From NCBI GenBank assembly GCA_964106915.2, contig OZ066921.1: a stretch of 64,000 bases of DNA; one strand, written 5' to 3'. The DNA is from Podarcis gaigeae. Taxonomy: Eukaryota. The stretch's first letter is position 1. The number at the start of each line of letters is the position of its first letter. Made by a program: the position numbers and the translations under genes. This document shows, piece by piece, positions 46,338 through 58,339 of the stretch. The notes under the pieces were generated by a model. That model made no database searches, was not told the DNA's origin, and worked only from the letters and a program-made list of their open reading frames with translations.

Positions 46338-47572
46338 GTATGAGAGGTATTCACACACCTTTTTCATCTCTGAGCACTTCACTCTTTTACTCTCAGGCTT
46401 GTTTGCCTCTGCAATTCTTTGTTGCAAAATTCTGGGTAGTCTTATCTAGCACAGAGTTTGGATGTAGAGGGATTTCAAATTCCCTTTAATTTTCTTTATT
46501 TAGCTTCCAAGCTCAGTTGCAGGGAGACTTTAGAAAACGTGTTGGATGGACCTGTCTGTGTGTCATTCCAGTTTGCATGGACTGACACAGTGTGACTTTA
46601 TATTTTTAACAAACCTGCTTCAATCACTACCTTTTATTTGGAGAGGTGTTTAACACTACACCACTCAAATAAAAGGAACTGCTAGGGGGAACAGCCCACT
46701 TTTCTGTAAAATGTTTTTTTCCTGTAGATATTTATCTGCTGCCTCCCAGTGAGAAGAAAAAGAGCCAAATGTTTTTAATGGTTGTAGCCATTTTGAATTT
46801 CCCAAAATGCAAAAAGCACATAAGAACAGGGCTTTATAGGAAAAACAAAAAGGCTGCTCTGATTCTCTCTCTTCCCTTCCCACAAATTAATTTCACATTA
46901 GCTCCATGATACTGCTGAGACAAAACAGCTTATTTCAAAGCTGTTAAAGAAGCTCAAAAATTGTCCTTTTGGTCCAGCTGCAGCATTGATATTTGTTCCT
47001 CTGTGGCCTCTTGCAGTCCTCCAAATATAAAAAGTTATCTCCAGCTACATTCAACACAACAGACCCATTGAAGTTATGGATTTAAGTTAGTTGTGTCTGT
47101 TAATTTTAATTGGTTTACTCTGTGTAATACTTAGTTGGTGGTAACCAAAAGTTCAGAATAAAGCATGCAATCATAGTTTTTGTTTGTATGGGTTATTTTG
47201 GGTGAAGAATGTCAACTTGCTCCAGATCTGAACATATTTGTTTCAAATTACAAAAGTGTTTTGTGCCCAGTCACTTTTCATGATTTCCCCCTCTTTTAGG
47301 ATGACAAACTGACTCTTTTGTGCATGTTTTAGATTTCACATGACTTGAGCATGTGGAAAGGAACCAGCCTCTCAGGTTGAGAGAGCAAACCTGACAAACA
47401 GAAGGCATCAACATGCCAATATGTCAGCTCAAAGGAAAGACAACAATTAAACTAGGCAAAGAGGCTGGGGAAGGCGGGGAGATGTTCTCAGTGCTAGAGG
47501 AGAAATGGCTTAAGCCTTAAGCCAAGGAGGCTCTGGAAAGAAGGGAGAGCAGCAGAAGACACCAAACAAGTA

Positions 47573-47815
47573 CAGTCGTACCTTGGAAGTCGAACGAAAT
47601 TCATTCCGGAAGTCCAGTCGACTTCCAAAACGTTCAGAAACCTGATTCTGATTAGCTGTAGAAAGCTCCTGCAGCCAATTGGAAGCTGTGGAACCCACTT
47701 TGTATGTTTGGGTGCCAAAGAACGTTTGTAAACCGGAACACTCACTTCTGGGTTTGTGGTGTTCAGGACCCAAAACGTTCGACTTGCAAGGCGTTCGACT
47801 TCCGAGGTACGATTG
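47573..47815. mobile_element. Tc1/mariner (Tigger-like) MITE
   Basis: TA TSD (47571-72, 47816-17); 24-bp TIRs CAGTCGTACCTTGGAAGTCGAACG and CGTTCGACTTCCGAGGTACGATTG. Confidence 0.88.
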
Positions 47816-48555
47816 TATTATCAATTGGACCAGATAAGGAGTGCTTTGTCATCACCAGGGGAAACCTGAGGGCATTGCTTCCCTTTTGTAACTCATGCCT
47901 GACCCTGGGTAGCTCCTCTAGTGCTGCTCTGCTGAGCTGCCACCAACCATCTGGTCATCTTGAGTTTCTGTTGTTGGCGGTTGGGCTGTGGCAGCCACCC
48001 TTCACCTGCCTTGATTTGTTAGTCTGTGTTCACTCCATGCACTTCTCTTTCATTCAAGGAAAATCTCAGGCTCTCACCAGGCTCTCACCATCCCTTGGCT
48101 CTTGGGACAAGTTTTTAACCCATGGTGACTAAGAATCACTCTGATCCTCCCTATCCCCTACTGCTGACCAAAGATAGAGGCAGAACATAGCCATCATGGC
48201 TGGTAGCCCTTGATAGCTTTCCCCTCTTCTGTGAGCTTGTCGTACCTCCTTTATAAAGCTAGCCAAGTTGTTGATCTTCACTGCCTTTTGTGGGAAAAAA
48301 TACTGCAGCTCAGCTAGGTGCTGCTGTATGAAAAAGTCCTTTCTCGGTCCTGAACCTTCCAATATTCCTCTCTTGTTGCCCTAATCTCTCTCCTCTCTGA
48401 ACCTCTCCTGCAAGTACCTTATTCCAAGATGCAGCACAGCTGGGAGGTATTGGTGTGAAGGCCAGCAGGAGAGTCTGGGCCCAGTTCTCTGGCCCATTGG
48501 CCTATCTGAGGGGTCTTTGCCTCAGCTTTGCACTTGCATGTTTGTTTCTCCTCAG

Positions 48556-48672
48556 TGGGAACTTCTCACCTCCATGAAATCCCTCCACAAGCACATCGAG
48601 GGGGGGCAGCTGCCCCTGGAATTTGACGGGTCCCTTCCGTATTGCCATCAGGACTGGCTGCGCTTTCGAATG
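48556..48672 (+). CDS. PLEKHG4: PLEKHG4 exon 8 (end of the Sec14-like domain)
   Basis: WELLTSMKSLHKHIEGGQLPLEFDGSLPYCHQDWLRFRM, a Trio-family QLPxEFxGSLPYxHxxW motif; 117 nt, donor gtgagt. Confidence 0.94.
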
Positions 48673-48869
48673 GTGAGTGAGTGATGCTCACGTCCGGGCC
48701 CAGTAATGCTGCTGCTTGGTGGTATAAGCAGCTTTGGCCATAGTCCAGACCAGTCTCTGGGGCCTCCCAGCGTTCCCCTCCCTAACCCAGGGGAAAACTG
48801 CTTGGTTTGGGAGCCTCAAGGAAGGAGGTGGGCTGTCAGTCAACTCTGTACTGCTTGCTGGCCTTTCAG

Positions 48870-48968
48870 CGCCTGGAGCACTTGCTGCATGGATGCGAAG
48901 ATGCCGGCACCTTCCTCCGGGAAGCTATCCAAGCTGTGGAGTCCAGCAGCTGGCCAGAGAAAGCGGAG
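48870..48968 (+). CDS. PLEKHG4: PLEKHG4 exon 9 (spectrin-like region)
   Basis: RLEHLLHGCEDAGTFLREAIQAVESSSWPEKAE; 99 nt, donor gtgagt. Confidence 0.9.
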
Positions 48969-49637
48969 GTGAGTCTTCTGCTTCCCGTCTATAGAACAAC
49001 CACCACTTGTTTCAAGAGTAAGCAAGGGGAGGGGAGCACTGAGTAAATGACACAAACACTAACATTTACAATCACCCCAATGTATCATTATTATGTTTGG
49101 CCGCCATGGCCAGAAATGAAGGTCCGCTCCAGGAAGTAAAGAACAGTTGCCCAGAATGTATTGTGGGAAGGGAGTGGTGTGTCAGTCTTGGGCATCCCGG
49201 TGCTTCTTTCTTGCCGCAGAGAGACAGCTTGCTGGGGAGGAGACCCTGGAGTGCCTGGAGACCTGGCCAGGCCAGCAGGCTTTGCAGCACAACTACAGCA
49301 GAGAGCAGGATGTAAGGAGGCAGTGCCCTCTGCCATTCTGTGTCATCTTTTCAGTGTGAAACTTGGGTGCCTCTTGCTGTTCTGTTGGCCTCAGAGCAGC
49401 ACCTACCTGTGTCAGGAAGGATGGAAAAGGACCAGTTGATCTCAGAGCAAAACGACTGGGTCTAAATCATCATAATACCTCAGCAAAGAGGGAGGATTCT
49501 CATCTTCTGTTCCCAGGTCACTTTTAGGAGCTTGTGAGGGTGGGCAATTTTCTCAGGCTGCTTTTCATACTGGATAAGAAAAACATTTGATTGTAAATGC
49601 CCTGAGCAGGGTCTGTGTGCTTTTCTTGGTTTCTCAG

Positions 49638-49786
49638 GAGGCTGATGCCTTGCTGAAGAGCTACAGGCAATTAATGAAGACTGTTCTTGATGATAGACGG
49701 CTGGTCAGGTTGCAGCTGGAAGGAGGGGCACTTCTTGCTCGCCTGAGGAAAGAAGAGTCCTGTGTTACTCTGACGGAGGACTACAG
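49638..49786 (+). CDS. PLEKHG4: PLEKHG4 exon 10
   Basis: EADALLKSYRQLMKTVLDDRRLVRLQLEGGALLARLRKEESCVTLTEDY(R); 149 nt, phase 0-2, donor gtgagt. Confidence 0.93.
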
Positions 49787-50571
49787 GTGAGTCTATAGGG
49801 AAACAGAGAGTGGGGAGGGAGGGTGGCCAGGAGAAAAGCAGGAAGGATGGGTGTGCTGTGAAAGGCCCCCAAGCACACAAGAACTGCCACTCTGTCCCCC
49901 TAATGCATGAAGCCATAGGGGCTCTGGCAATTCAGATTCTGCCCCCAAATTAAAAATAAATGACGCCCATAAATAACAATGACTCATATTAAATTATTTT
50001 ACTATCTAATGCTTATCCAACCTTCCCTCTGAGGAGTTCAGAGTATGGTACGTGGTGTTTTATCCTCCCAACAACCCTGTGAGAAGGAGGTAGCTTAGCC
50101 TGAGAATGACTTGCCCATAGCTCTTCAATGAGCTCCAAGGGCAAGGAGGGATGCAAGCTCTAGTCCTTTATCCACCATGTCACACTGTTTTGTGAGTGAC
50201 ATGTTTGAATGATTCAGTGATGGAATGCTTTTTGTTTATTTGCATAGAGGTGCTCCGTTTGCACACTCTTCATACCACTTCCCAGGCAGGCCCTAGCTCC
50301 TCCCTCTGCAGCTTCCTTGGGTGGGAGGAGAAGAGCCTCTGGCTCCGCCTGCTGGAGGTTCTCCCTGCCCTGGGACTCCAGGCTATGAGGAAGGGAGAGC
50401 TGCCTGTCTGCAGCACAGCAGCAGGTCTGCTGATCTGGACTCTGGAGATTTGGGCAGGGATTTGTTGTGCGCACGCACAAGTGTGAGAGGCAAAAATGTG
50501 CTGTGTTGTTCAAGTGACGGCCTGCAGAATCTAATTGCATTGAATTTCACAAGCAGAAAAATGCCCTCTTG

Positions 50572-50839
50572 GGGCTGGTCCACATGTCTGCTTGTCCCAT
50601 GCCTAGAAAGCATGGGTTTGAGTGGTTTTCTGTTTGTTCCGTGCTTTCTAGGCAGAGGTCTGAGCAGTTTTGTGTTTGCCCCATTGCTTCCCCCCACCCC
50701 CGAAAACCACTCTTCAGTGCTAAATCAGAATAAATAGCAACCCATAGAAAATCCAATTGCCATTTATTCTACCTCAGCACTAAACCGTGGGTTTTCCTGA
50801 GGGAAAGCGGGGGTGGGGGGAGGAAGTGTGGATAAGCCC
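50572..50839 (+). mobile_element. PIF/Harbinger-type MITE
   Basis: Ends GGGCTGGTCCACA and TGTGGATAAGCCC, flanked by TTG and TTA; internal inverted repeat at about 50686-50826; inverted homologue at 58084-58339. Confidence 0.65.
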
Positions 50840-51969
50840 TTAGTCTCACATTAGTACTTTGAATACTTCTGAACTTGGGATGTGGCTGCACAGACCAGTC
50901 CTTCTATTGATGTGCTTTCAGAAAGGGCCTCTCGCCACTAGCAGGGCTGGATCATGCCTGCTCAGGGGGACAGGGAGGAAAAACATCGGCTTTCAGCAGT
51001 ATACAGGACTAGCAAAAAAGAAAAAGTTCTTGATGGATTGCCTGCTGCTTCTTGTGTCTGTAACAGTGTAATGCAAAATAGGTCTCCCCTACCCGTCTGG
51101 CTCCTGTGGGAGGATCACATGTACAGACTTGGGGGTCCCTTGTCACCCTGCCTTTATTGATTTACTCAGATTCATGACAAAGTCCTTGGCTCCTGGCTGC
51201 TTTTACCTTGCTGTTGAACCAGTTTGTTGTGTTTACCTTACCTTTCTGCCTGCTGAAAAGCTCCACTCCAGTTGCACTCAGGTCTTGTTTGCAAGATTCC
51301 CACAGGCATCTGGTTGGCCACTGTGAGAACAGGATGCTGGACTAGATGTGCCACTGGCCTGATCCAGCAGGCTTTTCTTAAGTATGCAAATACCAAATCA
51401 GCTCTTTGTACCAATGTGCTTTTCCAGCAGTGCTCTGGGGAGTCTGCAGTAAGCAAGCTCCAATGACCCAAGCAATGAGCCAGGGCTTTCCTTTGGGGGG
51501 TACCGTACTTTCCACTGCACTTGAACGGAAGTTCAGGGCCCTTCCATATGGAAGGTGGTTGGCTTTCCTCCAGCAATCAGAATCCAAAAGCAGGGATGGG
51601 GAATCTTCTTCAGACAGAGGGCCACATTCCCTTCTGGGTCGCCTTCCAGAGGCCACATTACAGTGGTGAGTGGGACTAGAGGCAAAAGTGGACAAAGCAA
51701 TGGGGGTGAATTTGTTTTACCTTTATACAGCCATCTAGTTTCTGTTCATGCATATATCATGCATACAAAGAAAGAAGTATTTATATGAGTTCATTCTACC
51801 TAGGCAAAAGCAGTACTGGTGGGTGTGGCTCAGGAAGGGGCATGGCCTGGAGAGAGTCCTGTGGGCGAGTGGGGGGCGCTGGAGGGCATTGACTGGAGGG
51901 CATTATTTGGCCCTTGGACCAGAGACTCCACATTCCTTTGCTGAAGGAGATGCCTGGAAGTGAACCAGA

Positions 51970-52250
51970 AGCCAAAGGCTGTAACCTTTCCTCATAAGGG
52001 AGTTGCTCCACCCTCTTGATCATTTTGAACCTTTTCACACCCTATAATATTCTTTTTGGGGTGAGGTGAGTAGAAATGTACACAGTCTTCCTGGTGTTGT
52101 TGCACCATAAGATTGCATAATGGGGCATTATTATGCTGGCAGTTTTAGTTCCAATCTCTTTCCTAATAATGATCCCTAGCATAGAATTAGCCCTTTTTCA
52201 TGCTGTTGGCCGCACACTGAGTTGACATCTTAATCGTGCTATCCACTGCA
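51970..52250 (-). mobile_element. CR1 LINE RT fragment
   Basis: Minus strand encodes KMIKRVEQLPYEERLQPL, matching the CR1 motif KMIxGLExLxYEERL. Confidence 0.75.
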
Positions 52251-52319
52251 ACCTTATTTATTGAATTTATTTATTGAATTTATATCCTGTCCCTCCTCCT
52301 TAAAACAGCCTTTGTTTTT

Positions 52320-52392
52320 AGAATCATTTAATTGTAGAGTTGAAAGGAACCCTGGGGGTCATTTTGTCCAACTCCCTGCAATGCAGGAATCT
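52320..52392 (-). mobile_element. CR1-type 3' end
   Basis: gtagagttgaaaggaaccctgggggtcattttgtccaactccctgcaatgcaggaatc. Confidence 0.7.
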
Positions 52393-53998
52393 CCTGGTTA
52401 GTCACCTTCAGCTCAGACCCCAAGAGAGCTGATGAAGCCCGACTTAGCTAAGAAGTAACAAGCTGTGCAGCATCAACCCTACTGCCCTCAAGAGAGTTCC
52501 AGGCCATTCTGCCAACACTTGGATCACCCCCACTTTGCATGCCTGAACTCCCACCTGGGCTGTCCTAAGGCTGCCAGTTCCCTCTGATGAGGGAAGAGTG
52601 ATGGCCTTGCAAGAGTGATGGCCTAGCTCTGCCTGTTGCTTGGCTCTGACCTGGTTCAGCCTGGGAAGGTCTCCTTCCAGTCTGTGGCTTGCCTTGTAAG
52701 GGCCTGTGGCCATGCTCAGGCACTGTGGGTGGGCTCAGAAGACTCTGAAGACTAGCTTCCATGGGGCAGAGAGCTCTCCCTGCCAGGGCCAGTGGTGATA
52801 AGACAAAGGGCTTGCCCCCTGCTGGCCCGTATTTGAGACGCTGGCTTTGAAGACGTTCCTCTTTCCGCTAAGAGTGCCTGCATTTTCCTTTTGAAATTGA
52901 GTGAGTTCAGTTTCCTTATTTCTCAAGCACCCCCACCAGCCCTTCAATGAGAGAAAGACTCTTCAGCCTGGTAAGGAAATCTCCAAAAAGGAGTCCTGCC
53001 AAAAGCAACTTTCAGACACAGAAGTCTAAAATTACCCTGGAATCACACAAGACATTTGTTGGCACTTGCTGTTGGAACCTTCCCCCCACCCCCCTACAAA
53101 GTAACATTGGCCAAGGAAAACAGATTCCGGTGGGGAGGGGGAGGCTCTAAACCCACTTCAAGCGTCTCCTTTTTGTTGTAGGCCTGCTTGAATCTGGTGA
53201 TTTGATCTGGAAAGTATGTGTGGGGTAACCTCCTTTACTGAGCTCAGCACAGGCGGCAAGGCATACTGGCGCTCTGCCATCCTAAACTTTTTGCCCCACT
53301 GCTCCGCTTACCAGATCCTTCTTCAAGGCTTTGAGCACAGCCTAGGGAAGGCCCCTTTCGGCTGGCTGTGACTGCTGCCTCCTGCACAGCACAGCACAGA
53401 GCAGAACAGACAGCCGTTGGCTGTGTTTGCCCCAGATTGGGGTGAAAAGGGAAGATGAATTCATTGATTGGATGAGCTTCTGGACCAGGAAAGGTCTCTG
53501 TGCAAGCTTGCCTGTCATCTTGTCAGCAAGAGTAATGGGCGGTGGGGGTGGTAGCAGTTGTGGCAGAGCAATCGAAAAAGTGTCCACACTACCTTCTCCA
53601 CCTACAGTAGTTCTCAGATGTTTCCAGGGCAGACTGAGATGCTGCTGGGTGTGAAATGAACTTTGAGGCAGCCTGGCAAGCCATGCAGCCATTCATAAGA
53701 AAAGCTTCCTTTTCCCACTCCCACAAATCCAGCCAGAAGAGAGGACACCAGCAGCTGCTTGCTGCATCCTGATCAGAAGGGAAATGAAGCTCTTGGAGGG
53801 CATTGGGACATTGGCATCTCTTCTCTGCCCTGCCACATGGCTGTGCAATGAGCTGGTGCCCTCCTCTGTCACCCCATCAATGTCCTGGAATCTTTGTTTG
53901 AGTCACAGCATCTCGGGGATTTAAGCAGTACTCACAGTAGCAGGTTGTAAGAAATTGGAACTTCAGCTGATAATACCTGGGCCATGCTTCCCTTTCAG

Positions 53999-54137
53999 AG
54001 ATGCGCTGGAGGCAGCTGTTGCGCTTTACAATGGAGTGGACGAGGGCATCCATCAGCTGGTGATGATGTCAAACAAGCGCATCCAGGCCCTGGAGTTGGT
54101 GATAGACTTTGGAGCCTTTGAAGAAAGATTCCGGGAG
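53999..54137 (+). CDS. PLEKHG4: PLEKHG4 exon 11
   Basis: DALEAAVALYNGVDEGIHQLVMMSNKRIQALELVIDFGAFEERFRE, compare human SNQRIQALEL; 139 nt, phase 2-0. Confidence 0.92.
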
Positions 54138-55074
54138 GTTTGTTGACATTTTTCTGGCAGCTCAGATGGATTTACAACCCAATCCTTTTTACTGCTGTGC
54201 CGGCCAAAAACTACGCACAGTCAGGCTCAGGGATTGGTGTTGACAGTGAAGCAGAACGTCCACTAAACAGCACCTGGGATGGCTGAAATTAAATCTTGAC
54301 GGGGCTGAAATAGTGGTGATTGGCAGGCCTTGGGCCAATGGGAGTTTCTTTCACCTCCTTTGGCCACTCAGTCTTGTAGCCTGGGGTTGAGGTTGATTGG
54401 CTGTGATCCATCACTGGAGCAGGTTAACACCACTTGTTAAAAAGACTTGCATTTTAGAGGTCAGTAGAAAGATGTGCATCCTGCATCCAGTTTGGACTCA
54501 TGTTTTCTGTTATTGGAAGAGCAGTGGGACAGGGCCTTTCCCTGGGGCTTGGCAGGTAAGGTTCCCCAAAACATCCATGATATAAGGACTGTGCTAGCAG
54601 CATGAGCAGCAGCATCTAGGAACTCTAGGAGCAATGTGAAGTGCCACAATCGCACCGTCCCAGTCTCTGGAATCAAGAGACCTCATACTCAAAGTTTTGA
54701 GCAAAGAGCTCCAGAGCCCGCCCTCTGTCGTGACAAGCATATGGATTTACTCATTCTAAGTATTTTTATGTAGCCAAGTTCTCAAGGCAGCTTACAACAC
54801 AAAACAGGATAAAAATAAACAACACGAAAAGAGATCAAAATCTGAAAGTAGCACAGAATCACATGGCAGAGATTAAAAATAATAATAATCTAGAAGGCTA
54901 AATGATTGAGAGGAGATTCCCTTAAGTGGGAGGTGGAGGAGGCACCACTCATTCCCTAGTAGACCAAAGGGCGGGGTGACTCCCATTCTTTCCAGGAACA
55001 GGAGTGTGTGGTTTTGCTCTCTGAAGGCAGAGAGGCTTCTTCTTGGCCTTGATCTACCTTTTTGCCTCTTGTAG

Positions 55075-55197
55075 GTCAGCAGATGGATGGAGAATGTTGG
55101 TCAAACACGGCTCACGGAGCTGAGTGAGCTGGATGGTTCTTTGGAGGTCTTGCTTAAAGCACAGAGGCAGTTCCAGGACTTTGAGCTCGTTGCAAGT
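55075..55197 (+). CDS. PLEKHG4: PLEKHG4 exon 12 (spectrin-like repeat)
   Basis: VSRWMENVGQTRLTELSELDGSLEVLLKAQRQFQDFELVAS; 123 nt, donor gtaagt. Confidence 0.92.
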
Positions 55198-55929
55198 GTA
55201 AGTCCTCTCCCGACGCTCTCCGCACAAATCCACAGGCTGGCTGCTTTGTTTAGAGGCAAACACTTTTCCATTAATATATCATATTCCAAGGCTGAGCAGT
55301 GACATGAAAAGAGGTTCTGGGGCTAAGCCCTAAAGAACCTTGGTTCAAAGAAAACTTTCATTGTACATTGGTTGTGCCTTGGTGAACTTTAGGATCTGCA
55401 GGCAGGACTCCGCATGGGCAAATGCAGTGGGTCCTCACTGGAGACTGGGAGTCTCCTGATTTTTGTATGCATATGTGCACATACATACCTCAGAACCAGT
55501 GATGGAAAGATCTGTCCACTTTAGCTCTCTTGGGGTTTATCTGCACATCCATTTGTTCCATGTTCTTCTGCTTGTTGCAGTGCAGATTAGTACTGCCACA
55601 AGTTTTGTGCGGGATTCTGGGTTCCCATGCCACATCTTCCTCCATGTTATTTCAAGGAGGCATCGGTGAAAGAGGAACACTCGCACAATGTGCCACAAGG
55701 GAAAATGAGTGTTTTTCTGTTCAGGTGCCCAAAAAAGGATTGGATTAGAAGGGGAACAAATTTCTATTTGGTCTTAAAGGGGTTTTTCTTTTGTTCTAAC
55801 GCAACAATAAAAAGCATGGCTTATTTTGGGGTTTTGTTTTGTTTTGCAATTCTACATTGGGATATAAATGAAAAGCTTTTGGACAAGTGTTACTGATTTG
55901 ATGCAAATTCTAAGAAACCGCAGGGCAAA

Positions 55930-56343
55930 CAGGCCCTTACTTTCTCATTTTTCCAATCTCAGATTCAGTTCTCCACATTTCTGCAGCAGTTTGCATTAAA
56001 AAAAATATTAATGGACATTCTTCAGCATTTAGTGCAAATATATCCTAATAAATGCATTATTAAATGCAGTTTAGACTAATGCACACATTTTTGTGAGTGA
56101 TTTCTTTTAACATAATGCCCTTTTGTATGTTTTTTTTTTACTAATATAGTCCATGTTTATGTGCCCTTTCTCCTCATATATGCATATATGTAAACATTGA
56201 TTGGAGAACAGCAGCACAAAATTTGGATAAGCATGAATTTCAAAGGACTGTTCTGTGTTTCAATTCTCATAACATTTTGGAAACTGCAAATATGATTGAT
56301 TTGCCTTTAAATGTCAACTGAATCAAATTTCTTCTCAACTGCT
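55930..56343. repeat. AT-rich interspersed repeat, class uncertain
   Basis: Resembles a lizard interspersed repeat as I recall it (ttcagttctccacatttctgcagc...ctgaatcaaatttcttctc); no second copy in the window to confirm. Confidence 0.4.
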
Positions 56344-56742
56344 GCTCAGAACTCATCTTTTTTCCCTTGCAACAGTGTTGGAGTGGAAGTTGCAGGACAC
56401 TATTCCCCCTCCCTTATTCCAGTCTGTATTGCAATGTGCTTAGAGATTTTGCTTGCGATGGCACTGAAGACTCTTGGCAGCAGTTAAAAGGGCTGTTGTG
56501 ATGTCATGAAATTTTGACAAACATTCTAACTTTTAGTAGAACTGAGAAAAAAATACAGTAAGAGTAAGCAGCTGTGCAAGCAATGGTAAGCAATGCTGCA
56601 CAGCTAGATTCAGCAGAAGAAACCGTAATAAGACGTTAAAGAGGACATTTGAACAATATAGAGGAAACTATGCACTCTAGCCAAGTGACAAGAGAGGCTA
56701 CATCACCACCTACTGTCAGAGCAGGCCAGTTACACCCTTAGT

Positions 56743-56788
56743 CGCCTTTGACTGGACTTAACCAGGGGTCCTTTACCTTTTTACCTTG
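56743..56788 (+). mobile_element. Severely 5'-truncated Sauria SINE/BovB-type 3' end
   Basis: Tail gactggacttaaccaggggtcctttacctttttacctt flanked by the direct repeat CACCCTTAGT (56733-56742, 56789-56798). Confidence 0.75.
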
Positions 56789-57622
56789 CACCCTTAGTAA
56801 CTTGTCTATCCAACATTAACCCCTGAGATCAAGAAAAAAAACCAGCTATCGAATACTTGCAAATAGTCTTCTGAAAGGGAAATGAGAAGTACGTTAAGGA
56901 GGGATTGAAACCTTCAAAAGACTTCCCCCTAGCGGGGAAACAAGGAACTGGGGCTGAAGTGCAGCAGAACTTGGAGCTGTGGGGCAGCCAAGCCAGCACT
57001 AGGAGAACAGAGCAAGCGAGGCAGTGAAAAATGTCTTGGGGACAGCTCTCATCTCTATTCAGGAATGGAGGTTTCCCCTGCATTTGCAAGCCCTATGCCT
57101 GGGTGGCTTAGCTTCTTGTGAGGAGGAAAGATGAGATGGATTTTGGCAGGAACATTTCTTGCCTGCAGTGCTGTGGTATATACACTGGCTGCCTCTTATT
57201 TTTCCTTGTCATGTACCCCCAATCCTCCACACACATGCACATTGCTAGGCAAAGGGCCCATAGTGCTCCCCTGATCTTCAGGACTACAACTTCCATCATC
57301 CCTGATCTTGGACATCTAGGGCTGTTGGGGGTTGTAGTCTGGAAAGGCCACTTTCATGCATCTCTGTCCCATGTTGAGACCCCCTCAGCTCAACCCACCT
57401 GGTCTTTGGCCACATTTTACAGCCTTTCCAGAGGTTGGTGAGTCATGATGATTCCACCAGGCAGGCCTATATGACCAGGGCTGGTCCTCATGCCAAGAAA
57501 GGTCCCAGGACCACATTGGAATAGTCAGCTTAATCAGCCTTCAGGATCTTTGCAACACCAGGAGAAGCTGCCTGTATCCACCAGAGGCGATGCAATGATT
57601 TGCTGTTGGGCTTTGTTTCCAG

Positions 57623-57817
57623 GAATATTGCCGAAGGGGTTGGGAATCTCTGAGAGAGATGGACAAGTGGGAAGATGCTTCCTCTGCTGAGCTGCACGCA
57701 GGGTGTCGTGTCAAGTTGCAGATGTACAGAACCCAGTTCCAGAGGTTCTGTAGCCAACTGGAGGCCAGTAGGAGCCGGATAGGCCAGACCATCAAGCTGT
57801 ATGAATTCTTTGATCAG
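57623..57817 (+). CDS. PLEKHG4: PLEKHG4 exon 13 (spectrin-like repeat)
   Basis: EYCRRGWESLREMDKWED...RIGQTIKLYEFFDQ; 195 nt, acceptor tttccag, donor gtgagt. Confidence 0.92.
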
Positions 57818-58083
57818 GTGAGTTGTGTAGAGGGAGACAGATGTCCCCTAATGTAACTTCTGTTCAGATTCACTGCTATGCTGTGGCTTGCACTCTCTCT
57901 GTGTGTGTCTTAGCATACGGCATTTATTTGCCACAGCAGAAGTTGAGCTTAGTCATGGATCCTTGTTTGAATGCTTTTTAGCCTGAAAGCAATCACAGCG
58001 AGACTTTGAGTATGAAAATAAGAGAGCTATGTTTATTATAGGACATGCATGCTTGATAGCTAGAATTGGGAACTCTTTCCTAA

Positions 58084-58339
58084 GGGCTCATTTACACTTC
58101 CTTTGCCCTGCCACATTCCCCTGCAAAAACCTGTGGCTTAGCACTGAACCAGAACAAAGGGCAACTGGGTTTTATGCACATTGCTCTTTGTTCCAATTTT
58201 GTGTGAAAGAGCGGGCTTTCCAGGGGAATGAAGCAGGACAAAGGCAAAACAGCTACGACCTGTGCCTAGAAAGCCGGAGACAATCAGAAAATCACTTGGA
58301 CTGTCTAAACACAGGACAAGCAGAAGTGTGGACGAACCC
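58084..58339 (-). mobile_element. PIF/Harbinger-type MITE, second copy
   Basis: TAA then GGGCTCATTTACACTTCC ... GAAGTGTGGACGAACCC; its reverse complement aligns along its length to 50572-50839. Confidence 0.65.
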
